The notes under the pieces: generated by a model | The model's input: only the letters and a program-made list of their open reading frames with translations | Told to the model about the DNA's origin: nothing | The model's database searches: none | Position numbers and translations under genes: made by a program | Source of the DNA: Squalus acanthias | Taxonomy: Eukaryota | Assembly: GCA_030390025.1 (NCBI GenBank) | Contig: CM059432.1 | Span: 60,390,001-60,454,000 of the forward strand | Length of the DNA stretch: 64,000 nt | Direction of reading: 5' to 3' | Shown: positions 25,912-38,861 of the stretch, in pieces | Layout: every line of letters begins with the position of its first letter | How positions within the stretch are numbered: position 1 is the stretch's first letter

Positions 25912-26767
25912 ATAGAGTCTGCAAAGGGATATAGATACACTTAGTGAGTGGGCAGTAAGGTGGCAGATGGAGTATAATGTAGGGGAATGTGAGGTTATTC
26001 ACTTTGGTAGGAAGAATAGAAAAACAGAATGGTGAGAAACTTTCAAATGTTGGTGTTCAGAGAGATTTGGGTGTCCTCATGCAAGAAACACAGAAAGCTA
26101 ACATGTAGGTACAGCAAGCAATAAAGAAGGCAAATGGCATGTTGGCCTTTATTGCAAGGGGGTTGGAGTATAAGAGTAAGGACGTCTTGCTACAATTGTA
26201 CAGGGCCTTGGTGAGACCACACCTGGAGTACTGTGCACAGTTTTGATCTCTTTATCTAAGGAAGGATATACTTGCCTTGGAGGCGGTGCAACAAAGGTTA
26301 ACTAGATTGATTCCTGGGATGAGAGGGCTGTCCTATGATGAGAGATTGTGTAGAATGGGCCTCTACTCTCTGGACTTTAGAAGAATGAGAGGTGATCTCA
26401 TTGAAACATACAAGATTCTGAAGGAGATTGACAGGGTAGATGCTGAGAGGTTGTTTCTCCTGGCTGGCATGTCTAGAACTAGGGGGCAGAATCTCAGGAT
26501 AATGGGTAGGCCATTTAAGACCGAGATGAGGAGGAACTTCTTCACTCAGAGGGTTGTGAATCTTTGGAATTCTCTGCCCGAGGGCTGTGAATGTTGAGTC
26601 TTTGAGTATATTCAAGGCTGAGATAGATAGATTTTTGGACTATTGGGGAATCAAGGGATATGGAGATCGGGAGTTGAGGTCGATGATCAGCCATGATCTT
26701 ACTGAATGGCGGAGCAGGCTCGAGGGGCCGTATGGCCTACTCCTGCTCTTATTTCTTATGTTCTTAA
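25912..26767 (+). mobile_element. CR1 3' fragment
   Basis: ORF 26277-26597; similar to 8832-9520. Confidence 0.92.
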
Positions 26768-26799
26768 TAGTTCAGAACTAGGATAGATTAGGAAGGGGG

Positions 26800-27825
26800 C
26801 AAATGCGAGGCAATCTAAGATGGGTCTGGAGTGCATGCACGTAAATGCATGTTGCAAGGTGAATAAGGTTGGTGAGCTGCAGGCACAAGTCGCCTCATGG
26901 GACTATGATATAGTGTCAATAACAGAGACCTGGCTCAAAGAAGGGGAGGATTGAGAACTTAATATTCCTGACTACTAGGTATTCAGGAAATATAGGGAAG
27001 GAGAAAAAAGAGGGGGGAGTGGCAGTATGAATCAATAAAAACTATTACAGCACTGGAGAGCGATGATGTCATTGAGGGGTCAAACACCAAATCTATTTGG
27101 TTAAAATTAAGGAACAATAGAGGATCTATTATGCTACTGGGTGTATACTATAGGCCATCAAATAGTGGGAGGATATAGAGTAGCAAATTAGCAGGCAAAT
27201 TACAGAAAGATGCAAGAACTTAGATAATGGGCAATTTCAATTATCCTAATAATTATCCCTATAAACTGGGATAATAACAGTGTAAAGGGTAAAGAGGGGG
27301 AGGAATTCCTGAAATGTGTACCAGACAGCCATTTTGATCAGTGTGTTTTCAGCTGAACGAGGAAGGAAGCAGTGCTGGAACTAGTTCTGGGGAATGAAGT
27401 GGAGCTTGTTGCAGTGCAGGAGCATTTGGGGAACAGTGATCACCATTACTTCATCAAAGAACTCAATTAAGTTAGTCAAACATGATTTGCCTTTAACAAA
27501 TCCGTGCTGACTTTCATTTATTAGCGCATACTTTTGCAAATGCCAATTAATTTTGTCTCGGATTATTGTTTCTAAAAGTTTTCCCAACACCGATGTTAGG
27601 CTGACTAGCCAGTAGTTGTCGGGTTCATCCTGCACCCCTTTTTTAATCAGGGTTGTAACATTTGCAATGCTCCAGTCCCCTAGAACCACATCCACATCTA
27701 AGGAAGGTTGGAAGATTGTGGCCAGAGCCTCTGCAATTTCCATCCTTGCGTCCCTCAGTAACCTAGGATGCATCCTATCCAGACCAGGTGACTTTTTTAC
27801 TTTGGGGACTGCCAACCTTTTAAGT
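26800..27825. mobile_element. Degenerate CR1 endonuclease fragment (+, to ~27440) abutting RT fragment (-)
   Basis: ITETWL and YRP remnants; ORF 27381-27842(-) [21 protein letters not shown]. Confidence 0.8.
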
Positions 27826-27834
27826 AGAATCACA

Positions 27835-28637
27835 GGCCGCAAAATTCGGTAGGTTAGCGCCTGCCGTTAGCACCTGGTGGGGGCGCTAACGGGTCGCTAA
27901 GGGGTTAACGCCCGGCCGCGGCGAATGCAACGTCGCACGCATACTTCAGTGGCGAATTAGCACTGGCACTAGCACCTAGGCCTCTAGCGCTTCTCACATG
28001 GTGACGTCAATGCATGCGCAATGCCCCGTTAACGGCCCCGATACAAAATTGCCTTTTGCCCCCTGCTTTAGCGCCGCGCGCTGACAACGCCAGTAAAAGG
28101 AGGCATTGTGCACTCGGAAGTGCGCTGCAGGAGCAGTAATTAAAGGGAATGCTTCCGTGTCGCTTGAACGTCGCTAAAATGGCGCTTTCAGTGATCGCAC
28201 CATTTATTACTTGCACCAGTCCGCTGCCTGTGCAAAATTATTTACACGTTTTCCTCAAATATCTCCAAATGCTGCAATATCTGAAAGTGATGGGGGCTGC
28301 AATGGCAGTCACCCAGCTCGCGTTGAAAAACACCACTGATGACTATGAGGTGCTACAGCGTGATTGGCCCTTCCCTTTAAGAGATGGAAGCAGCCTGTGT
28401 GATTAAAGAGTGCTGCTTGGACTGCGCATGACCTTCTTTATCGCTCTGCCGATAGCGCCCCGCTCTCAGAGGATAGCGCCCTAAGTTAGGAGCGTAGCGC
28501 TTGATTTAGCACTGCACTTCCTTCTTGGAGCGCGAACAATGAATTTGCAGGAGTCGACAATGATTAACACCTGGCACTAATTCTTCAACTTTTAAAGTTT
28601 TAGAGCCCCAAATGGGGCTATACCAAATTTCTTCCAT
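27835..28637. mobile_element. Harbinger MITE family D
   Basis: GGCCGCAAAATTCGGTA / TACCAAATTTCTTCCAT; flanks ACA/ATA; TAGCGCC repeats. Confidence 0.8.
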
Positions 28638-28962
28638 ATAGAATCATAGAATGGTTACAGCACGGAAGAAGGCCATTCAGCCCGTCGAGCCCATGCCGGC
28701 TCTCTGCAAGAGCACTTCAGCTAGTTCCACTCCCCCGCCCTTTCTCCGTAGCTCTGCAAATATTTTTCCTTCAGGTATTTATCCAACTCCCATTTGAAAG
28801 CTGTGATTGACTCTGCCTCCACCACCCTTTCAGGTATGGCATTCCAGATCCTAACCACTCACTGAGTAAAAAGGTTTTTCCTCGTGTCGCCTTTGGTTCT
28901 CCTGCCAATCACCTTAAATCTGTGTCTGCTGGTTCTCGACCCTTCTGCCAATGGGAACAGTT
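28638..28962 (-). mobile_element. CR1 3' fragment
   Basis: (ATAGAATC)n tail and FPLAEGSRT..HRFKV remnant. Confidence 0.8.
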
Positions 28963-30684
28963 TAAGAACATAAGAAAATAAGAAATAGGAGCAGGAGTAG
29001 GCCATTTGGCCCATTGAGCCTGTTCCGCCATTCAATAAGATCATGGCTGATCTTCGACCTCATCGCCATTTTCCTGCGCTATCCCCATATCCCTTGATTC
29101 CCTTAATATTCAAAAATCTATCAATCTCGAATATACTCAACGACTGAGCCTCCACAGCCCTCTGGGGTAGAGAGTTCCAAAGATTCACCACCCTCTGAGT
29201 GAAGAAATTTCTCCTCATCTCAGTCCTAAATGGCCGACCCCTTATTCTGAGACTGTGACCCCTGGTGCTAGACTTCTCAGCCAGGGGAAACATCCTCCCT
29301 GCATCTACCCCGTCAAGCCCTGTAAGAATTTTGTATGTTTCAATGAGATCACCTCTCATTCTTCTAACCTCTGGAGAATATAGACCTAGTCTACTCAATC
29401 TCTCCTCAGAGGACAATCCCCCCATCCCAGGAATCAGTCTGGTGAACCTTCGTTGCACTCCCTCTATGGCAAGTATATCCTTCCTTAGGTAAGGAGTCCA
29501 AAACTGTAGACGGTACTCCAGGTGTGGTCTCACCAGGGCCCTATATAATTGCAGTGAGACGTCTTTACTCTTATACTCAAATTCTCTTGTAATAAAGGCC
29601 AACATACCATTTGCTTTCCTAATTGCTTGCTGTACCTGCATGTTAACTTTCAGTGATTCATGTACAAGGACACCCAAGTCCCTCTGAACATCAACATTTC
29701 CCAATCACTCACCATTTAAAAAATACTCTGCTTTTCTATTTTTCCCACCAAAGTAAATAACTTCACGTTTTTCCACATTATATTCCATTTGCCATGTTGT
29801 TGTCCACTCACTTAGCCTGTCTATATCCTCTTGAAGCCTCCTTGCATCCTCTTCACAACTTACATTCACACCCAGCTTTGTATCATCAGCAAACTTGGAT
29901 ATATTACATTTGGTCCCCTCATCCAAATCATTGATGTAGATTGTGAATAGCTGAGGCCCAAGCACTGATCCTTGCGGTACCCTACTAGTTACAGCCTGCC
30001 AACCCGAAATTGACCCGTTTATTCCTACTCTGTTTTCTGTCCGTTAACCAATCCTCAATCCATGCTAGTATATTACCCCCAATCCCATGAGCCCTAATTT
30101 TGTTTAATAACCTCTTGCATGGCACCTTATCGAATGCCTTCAGAAAATCCAAATACATCACATCCACTGGTTCCCTCTTATCTATTCTGCTAGTTACAAT
30201 CTCAAAAAACTCTAACAAATTTGTCAAACACGATTTCCCTTTCATAAATCCGTGTTGACTCTGCCCAATTCTATTATTATTTTCTAAGTGCCCTGTTACC
30301 GCGTCCTTAATAATGGATTCTAGCATTTTCCTTATTACTGATGTCAGGCTAACTGGTCTGTAGTTCCCCGTTTTCTCTCTCCCTCCTTTCTTAAATAACG
30401 GGGTTACATTTGCTACCTTCCAATCCACAGGAACTGTTCTAGAATCAATGGAATTTTGGAAAATGACAACCAATGCATCCACTATCTCTATAGCCACCTC
30501 TTTCAAAACCCGAGGATGTAGGCCATCAGGTCCAGGGGATTTATTGGCTTTCAGTCCCATTATTTTTTCCAGTACTATTTTTTTTACTAATACTAATTAC
30601 TTTGAGTTCCACATTCTCGCTAGACCCTTGGTTCTCCACTATTTCCGGGAAGATTTTTGCATCTTCTTCCGTGAAAGACACAAA

Positions 30685-31384
30685 GGGCTGGATTTTGATA
30701 CTAGGGCGGGTTGGGGTCATGTTATCCACTTTTCGTGTTATCCACCCGACTGCAATTGGATGTGGGAGATTGATGTGATTTTCACCTAATTGGGCAATTG
30801 AGTTCCAGCATGTGGGAACCCATGAACCAATTAGTGTTTTCAGTCCAAAAGTCGCCTCTGATGATGTCATCATTGCTGCTGCATTGAAGGTCTGCAAAGA
30901 CTGCCAGGCCTTTGCTGTGAGAGGACCTGAAGGCAAAATGAGCAGCAGCAGCCCTAAGTCTGCTCCCAGATATTTTTGTACCACCACCACCCCCAGATAT
31001 TCCTCCTCCTCCTCCTCCTCCTGCTACTACTACTACTTCTCCGTTGTAATAGTGGACCTGCAGCTGATAGTCAGCTATCCAAATGTGCTCCCGGCAAGTT
31101 TCACATTCGTGGTTCAGAACAGGCGTGCTTCACGTAGAAAAAGGGTTAAAATCACAAAGGCCTTTCAAAATGGCATTATAGAGCCAATTTAGTGCTTGTT
31201 AAGGGCCTTAACAGCCTATCCCGCCTCTTGGAGGCGGGACGGAGTTGGGACCAGCAGACACGATTTAATGAAAATTGCGTGGAGGCGGGATGGAGGCTGG
31301 CTTGTGCCCGCCCGCCAGTTTTCGCAATTTTAACCCCCCACACACCTCCAAACCCACCTCCATGGGTCAATGAAAATCCAGCCC
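30685..31384. mobile_element. Harbinger MITE family B, copy 3
   Basis: Same TIRs; TSD AAA; lacks the (GA)n block. Confidence 0.92.
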
Positions 31385-32155
31385 AAAGTATTTGTTTAAT
31401 TTCTCTGCCATTTCCTTATTCCCCATTATAATTTCTCCTGTCTCAGCCTGTAAGGTACCCACATTTACATTCGCTAATCTTTTCTTTTTCACATACCTAT
31501 AGAAACTTTTACAGTCTGTTTTTATGTCTCTCTTGCTTGTTTACTGTCATATACTAATTTCCCTTTCTTTATCAATTTCTTGGTCCTCCTTTGCTGAATT
31601 CTAAAATCCTCCCAATCCTCAGGCTTAGTACTCTTCTTAGCAACATTATAAGCCTCTTCCTTCGATCTAGTACTATCTTTAACTTCTCTTGTTAGCCACG
31701 GTTGGACCACTTTTCCTGTGGGATTTTTGTGCCTTCAAGGAATGTATATTTGTTGTAAATTATGTATTAATTCTTTAAATGCTAGCCATTGCTTCTCTAC
31801 CGTCATAGCTTTTAACGGAGTTTCCCAATCTACCTTAGCCAACTTGCCCCTCATACCTACATAGTTTGCTTTGTTTAGATTTAAGACCCTAGTTTCGGAT
31901 TTAATTAAATCACTTTTAAACTCAATATAAAAATCTATCATATTATGGTCACTCTTCCCTAAAGGCCCCTTTACTACAAGGTTATTAATTAACCCTTTCT
32001 CATTGCACAATACTAGATCTAAAATAGCCTGTTCCCTAGTTGGTTCCTCAACATACTGATCTAGAAAACTATCTTGCATACATTCCATGAATTCATCCTC
32101 CACACTATTACTGAAAATTTGGTTTGCCCAGTCTATATGTAGATTAAAGTCCCCC

Positions 32156-34206
32156 AGGGCTTTAAATTAAATAAAGTGGGGGAGGGTCCCGGTGGAGAGA
32201 AATCTAGAATGCTAAAGAGAAAAGACAAGGAAGCAGTGCAGGAAAGTGATTGGGGTAAGGACAACCAGATTGTGTCAGGAAGGGACAGAGCATACAAACA
32301 AAAGAGTGCACTAACAAATAGGGTCCGGGTAAGAAAAAATGGTAATAAGGCAAATAGGGCCATAGTACAAAAAAATGTTAAGATGTCTAAAAATGTTAAA
32401 AAGGCACTGTATCTGAATGCATGAAGCATTCGTAATAAGGTAGATGAATTAACAGCGCAAATAGATGTAAATGGATACGATATAATTGCAATTACGGAGA
32501 CATGGCTACAGGGTAACCAAGGCTGGGAGCTGAATATCCAAGGATATTCGATATTTAGGAAGGACAGGCAAAAAGGAAAAGGAGGTGGGGTGGCATTATT
32601 AGTAAAGGATGAAATCAGAGCAATAGTGAGAAAGGATATTGGCTCAGAAAATCAAGATGTAGAATCAGTCTGGGTGGAGCTAAGAAGCACCAAGGGGCAG
32701 AGAACATTGGTGGGAGTTGTCTATAGGCCTCCAAACAGTAGTGGTAATGTAGGGGACGGCATCAAGCAGGAAATTACAGATGCATGTAACAAGGGTACTG
32801 CAGTAATCATGGGTGACTTTAATCTACATATAGACTGGCCAGACCAAATTAGCAATAATACTGTGGAGGATGAATTCCTGGAGTGTGTACGAGATGGAAT
32901 TTTAGACCAGTACATTGAGGAGCCAACTAGGGAACAGGCTATCCTAGATTGGGTATTGTGCAATGAGAAGGGATTAATTAATAATTTTGCTGTGCGGGGT
33001 CCTTTAGGGAAGAGTGACCATAACATGATAGAATTCTTCATTAAGGTGGAAAGTGAAGTAGTCCAATCCGAAACTAGGGTCCTAAATCTAAACAAAGGAA
33101 ACTACAAAGGTATCAGGAGTGAGTTGGCTATGATAGATTGGGGAGCTTCATTAAAACGCTTGATGGTGGATAGGCAATGAATAACATTTAAGGAATGAAT
33201 GCATGAATTGCAACAGTTATACATTCCTTTCTGGCGCAAAAACATAAAAGGAAAAGCGGCCCAACCATGGCTAACAAAAGAAATTAAGGATAGTATTAGA
33301 TCCAAAGAGGAGTCATATAAAGTTGCCAGAAAAAGTAGCAAGCCTGAGGATTGGGAGCAGTTTAGAATTCAGCAATAAAGGACCAAGAGATTGATTAAGA
33401 GGAGAAAAATAGAGTATGAGAGTAAACTTGCAAGGAACATAAAAGTGGACTGTAAAAGCTTCTACAAGTATGTAAAAAGATTAGTGAAAACAAATGTAGG
33501 TCCCTTACAGTCAGAAAAAGGAGAATTTATAATGGACAACAAGGAAATGGCGGAGCAATTAAACAAATACTTTGGTCTGTCTTCATGGAAGAGGACACAA
33601 ATAACCTCTCAGAAATGCTAGGGAACCAAGGGTCTAGTGAAAAGGAGGAATTAAATGCAGTTTTGGTCTCCTTACCTAAGAAAGAATATATTTGCCATAG
33701 AGGGAGTGCAGCGAAGGTTCATCAGACTGATTCCTGGGATGGCAGGACTGTCGTATGAGGAAAGATTGGGTCAACTAGGCCTGTATTCACTTGAGTTTAG
33801 AAGAATGAGAGGGGATCTCATTGAAACGTATAAAATTCTGACAGGCCTAGACAGACTGGGTGCAGGGAGTATATCCCCTGGCTGGGAGGGGGGGGTCTAC
33901 AATGAGAGGTCACAGTCTCAGGATACGGGTTAGGACATTTAGGACTGAGATGAGGAGAATTTTTTTCACTCAGAGGGTGGTGAACCTGTGAAATTCTCTA
34001 CCACAGAAGGCTGTGGAGGACAAGTCACTGAATATATTTAAGAAGGAGATCGATAGATTTCTAGACACAAAAGGCATCAAGGGATATGGGGAGAGAGTGG
34101 GAATATGGTATTGAGATAGAGGATCAGCCATGATCGTGTTGAATGGCGGAGCAGGCTCGAAGGGCCGAAAGGCCTACTCCTGCTCCTATTTTTCTATGTT
34201 TCTATG
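32156..34206 (+). mobile_element. CR1 with EN region and 3' end, RT core deleted
   Basis: ORF 32590-33180 EN; jump near 33655 to QFWSPYLRK; tail tttctatgtttcta. Confidence 0.92.
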
Positions 34207-34440
34207 ATCACTGTATTACCCTTGTTACATTCGCTTCTTAGTTCCTGATTTATACTCTGCTCTACATTACAACTACTGTTTGGGGGCCTATAAACAACTC
34301 CCACCATAGTTTTCTGCCCCTTGCTGTTTGTTAGCTCCACCCAAACTGATTCTACTTCTTGATTTTCAGAGCTAAGATCCTTTCTCTCTACTGTCTTTAT
34401 CCCATCCTTTATTATCAGGGCTGCCCCTCCTCCTTTTCCA

Positions 34441-37400
34441 TTTCTCCCTATCTACTCTGTCCAGACCCCGCTTGATTTTGAACACCTCTATCAAATTTTC
34501 TCTCAATCTTCTCTGCTCTAAGGAGATCAACCCCAGCTTCTCCAGTCTATCCAAGTAACTGAAGTCCCTCTTCCCTGGAATCATTCTCGTAAATCTTTTC
34601 TGCACCCTGTCTAAGGCCTTCATATCCTTCCTAAAGTGCGGTGCCCAGAATTGGACACAATACTCCAGTTGAGGCCGAACCAGTGTTTTAGACAGGTTCA
34701 TCAAAATTTCCATGCTTTTGTACTATATACCTCTATTCATGAAGCCCAGGATTCCGCAAGCTTTTTTAACTGCTTTCTCAACCTGCCCTGCCACCTTCAA
34801 CAATTTGTGCACATATACCCCTAGGGCTCTCTGTTCATGCACCCGCTTTAGGAATGTACCCTTCAGCTTATATTTCCTCTCTACATTCTTTCTACCAATA
34901 TGTATCACTTCGCACTTTTCTGTGTTAAATTTCATCTGCCCCGTGTCCGCCCATTCCACCAGCCTGTCTATGTCCTCTTGAAGTCTATCACTATCCTTCT
35001 CACTGTGCACTATACTTCCAAGTTTTGTGTCATCTGCAAATTTTGAAATTGTGCCCTGTGCACCCAAGTCCAATCATTAATATATATCAAGTAAAGCAGT
35101 GGTCCTAGAACCGACCCCTGGGGAACACCACTGTATACCTTCCTCCAGTCCAAAAAGCAACCGTTCACCACTGCTCTCTGTTTCCTGTCACTGAGCCAAT
35201 TTCGTATCCATGCTGCCACTGTCCCTTTTATTCCATGGGCTTCAAATTTGCTGGCAAACCTATTATGTGGCACTTTGTCGAAAATCTTTTGGAAATCCAT
35301 GCACACCACGTCAAGGGAACGGTAGTGTAGTGGTGATGTCACTGGGCTAGTAATCCAGAAGGCCTGGACTAATGATCCAGAGACATGAGTTCAAATCCCA
35401 CCTGGCAGCTGGGGAATTTAAATTCAGTTAATTAAATAAATCTGGAATAATTGCTAGTATCAGTAATGGTAACTATGAAACTATCGGATTGTCGTAAAAA
35501 CCCATCTGGTTCACTAAAATCTGCCGTCCTTACCCAATCTAGCCTATATGTGACTCCAGACCCACAGCAATGTCGTTGACTCTTAACTGCCCTCTGAAAT
35601 GGCCGAGTAAGCCACTCAGTTGTAACAAACCGCTTCTAAACAAAATACGAAGAATGAAACTGGATGGACCACCTGGCATCGGCCACGGCAACGGCACACC
35701 CAGCCCAGTCAACCCTGCAAAATCCTCCTCACCAACATCTAGGGACTTGTGCCAAAATTGGGAGAGCCGTCTCACAGACTAGTCAAGCAACAGCCTGACA
35801 GAATCATACCTTTCAGCCAATGTCCCAGACTCCTCCATCACCATCCTGTCCCATGGGCAGGACAGACCCACCAGAGGTGACTATACAGTCGGGAAGGAGT
35901 GGCCCTGGGAGTCCTCAACATTAACTCTTGAACCCCATGAAGTCTCATGGCTTAAGGTCAAGCATGCTGATTACCACCTCAGCTGATGAATCAGTACTCT
36001 GCCATGTTGAACACCACTTGGAAGGCGTATCAAGGGCACAGAATATACACTGGGTGAAGTGACTTCAATGTCCATCACCAAGAGTGGCTCGGTAGCACCA
36101 CTACTGGCTGCGTCCTGAAGGACATAACTGCCAATCTGAGAGAACCAACATGAGGGAAAAAATCTACTTGACCTTGTCCTCACCAATCTACCTGTCGCAG
36201 ATGCATCTGTCCATGACAGTATTGGTAGCAGTGATGATCGCACAGTCCTTGTGGAGACGAAGTCCTGTCTTCACACTGAGGACACCCTCCATCGTGTTGT
36301 GTGGCACTACCACCGTGCTAAATGGAATAGATTCAGAACAGATCTAGCAGCTCACAACTGGGCATCCATGAGGCATTGTGGGCCATCAGCAGCAGTAGAA
36401 TTATATTCCACCACAATCTGTAACCTCATGGCCTGGCATATCCCTCACTCTACCATTACCATCAAGCCAGGGGACCAACCCTGGTTCAATAAGGAGTCTA
36501 GAAGAGCATGCCAGGAGCAGCACCAGGCGTACCTAAAAGATGGTTGTGGTGATTGAAGGTAAATCATCGCCGCTGCAGGTGTTCCTCAGGGCAGTGTCCT
36601 AAGCCCAACCATCTTCAGCTGCTTTATCAATGATCTTCCCTCCAACATAAGGTCAGAAATGGGGATGTTCAGTGCCATTCACAACTCCTCAGATAATGAA
36701 GCAATCCATGCCCGCATGCAACAAGACCTGGACGACGTTCAGGCTTGGGCTGATAAATGGCAGGTAACATTCACACCACAGAAGTGCCAGGTAATGACTA
36801 TCTCCAACAAGTGAGAGTCTAACCACAGCCCCTTGACATTCAATGGCATTACCATTGCCGAATCCCTATTATCAACATCCTGGGGGTCACCATTGACCAG
36901 AAACTTAACTGGACCAGCCATATAAATACTGTGGCAACAAGAGGTCAGAGGCTAGGTATTCTGCGGCTAGTGTCTCACCATCTACAAGTAAGGAGTGTGA
37001 TGGAATACTCTCCACTTGCCTGGATGAGTGCAGCTCCAACAACAGTCAAGAAGCTTGACACATCCAGGACAAAGCAGCCTGCTTGATTGGTCTCCACCTA
37101 CCACCTTAAACATTTACTTCCTCCACCACCGGCGTCCTGTGGCTGCAGTGTGTACCATCTACAAGATGCACTGCAGCAACTTGCCAAGGCTTCTTCGGCA
37201 ACACCTCCCAAATTCGCGACCTCTTCCACCTAGAAGGACAAGGGCAGCAGGCGCATGGGAACACCTTCCCCTCCAAGTCACACACCATCCTGACTTAGAA
37301 GTATATCGCTGATCCATCATCGTCGCTGGGTCAAAGTCCTGAACTCCCTCCCTAACAGCACTGTGGGAGTACCTTCACCACACGGACTGCAGCGGTTCAA

Positions 37401-38280
37401 GAAGGCGGCTCACCACCACCTTCTCAAGGGCAATTAGGGATGGGCAATAAATGCTGGCCTTGCCAGCGATGCCCACATCCCATAAAAAACGAATGAAAAA
37501 AAAACGCATTGCCCTCATCAACCCTCTCTGTTACCTCATCAAAAAACTCGATCAAGTTGGTTAAACATGATTTGCCTTTAACAAATCCGTGCTGGCTTTC
37601 CTTAATTAATCCACACTTGTCCAAGTGACTGTTAATTTTGTTTCTAAAAGCTTCCCCACTACTGAGTGTAAACTGACTGGCCTGTGGTTGCCGGGTTTAT
37701 CTTTACACCCTTTTTTGAACAAGGGTGTAACATTTGCAATTCTCCAGTTCTCTGGCACCAACCCCGTTTCTAAGGAGGATTGGAAGATTAGGGCCAGTAC
37801 CTCCACGATTTCTTCCTTCACTTCCCTCAGCGTCCTAGGATGCATCCCATCTGGTCCTGGTGACTTATCTACTTTAAGTACAGCCAGCCTTTCTAGTACC
37901 TCCTCTTTATCAATTTTTATCCCATCCAGTATCTCCTCTACTTCCTGCTTCACTATGTCTATGGCAGATGCAAAGAACTCATTTCGCACCTCAACCATAC
38001 CCTCTGCCTCCATGCGTAGGTCTCCTTTTTGGTCCCTAATCGGCCCCACCCCTCCTCTTACTACTTGTTTACTATTTCTATGCCTATACAAGACTTTTGG
38101 ATTACATCTATGTCTATGGCAGCATCTTCTTCCTTGGTGAAGATAGATGAAAGGTACTCAGTTAATAACTCAGCCATGTCCTCTGCCTTCACAAGAAGAT
38201 CTCCTTTTTGGTGTCTAATTGGCCGCACCCATATTTTGACTATCCTTTTACTGTTTATAAAAGACTTTTGGGTTCCCTTT
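34441..38280 (-). mobile_element. CR1 RT copy split by tRNA-headed LINE
   Basis: ORFs 34372-34713, 34723-35073, 35010-35342; resumes at 37505 (ORFs 37424-37624, 37606-38091). Confidence 0.9.
35315..37504 (+). mobile_element. Non-LTR retrotransposon with tRNA-like 5' head, deleted EN-RT ORF and poly(A) tail
   Basis: A box TAGTGTAGTGG (35323), B box GAGTTCAAATCC (35387); EN remnants from ~35730; [25 protein letters not shown] near 36580; AATAAA and A-tail. Confidence 0.85.
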
Positions 38281-38287
38281 TATGATA

Positions 38288-38697
38288 AAGACTTGCATTT
38301 ATATAGCACCTTTCCCAACCACCTCAAAGGACTTTACAGCCAATGAAGTACTTTTTGAAGTGTAGTCACTGTTGTAATGTAGGAAATGCAGCAATCAATT
38401 TGCACACAGCAAGCTCCCACAAACAGCAATCTGTTTTAGTGATGTTTATTGCCATTGGGCGATGTTTATTGAGCAGGACACCAGGGATAACTCCCCTGCT
38501 CTTCTTCGAAATAGTGCCAGAGAGCAGACGGGGCCTCGGTTTAATGTTTCATCCGAAAGACGGCGCCTCCAACAGTGCAGCACTACCTCAGTACTACATT
38601 GGAGTATCAGCCTAGATTTTTGTGCTCAGGTCTCTGGAGTGGAATTTGAACCCACAACCTTCTGACTCAGAAGCGAGAGTGCTACCAACTGAGCTAC
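38288..38697 (-). mobile_element. DeuSINE (SacSINE1-like), near full length
   Basis: Minus strand tagctcagttggtagcactctc...gggttcaaattcc tRNA head, Deu core, L2-type tail aggtgctatataaatgcaagt. Confidence 0.88.
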
Positions 38698-38861
38698 TAG
38701 TTGACATGTTGGCCAGTAATCTATTCTCTTACTCTATTTGCCCTTCTTGTTCCCTTTTTTAGATCTCCTCTGTACTTTCTATATTCAGCTTGGTTCTCCA
38801 CTCTATTATGAACCTTACATTTGTCATAAGCCTCCTTTGTCTGTTTCATTGTAATCTCTAT

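Larger units (their letters stand above)
28963..34440 (-). mobile_element. CR1 ORF2 copy interrupted by MITE (30685) and by an opposite-strand CR1 (32156)
   Basis: ORFs 29060-29704, 29705-29965, 29985-30560, 31735-32103; EN sequence resumes near 34205. Confidence 0.9.

Noticed and set aside
35315..35400. Functional tRNA gene (also 4795 and 38640 regions)
   Set aside because: A/B boxes only, no clean cloverleaf, continuous with retroelement bodies
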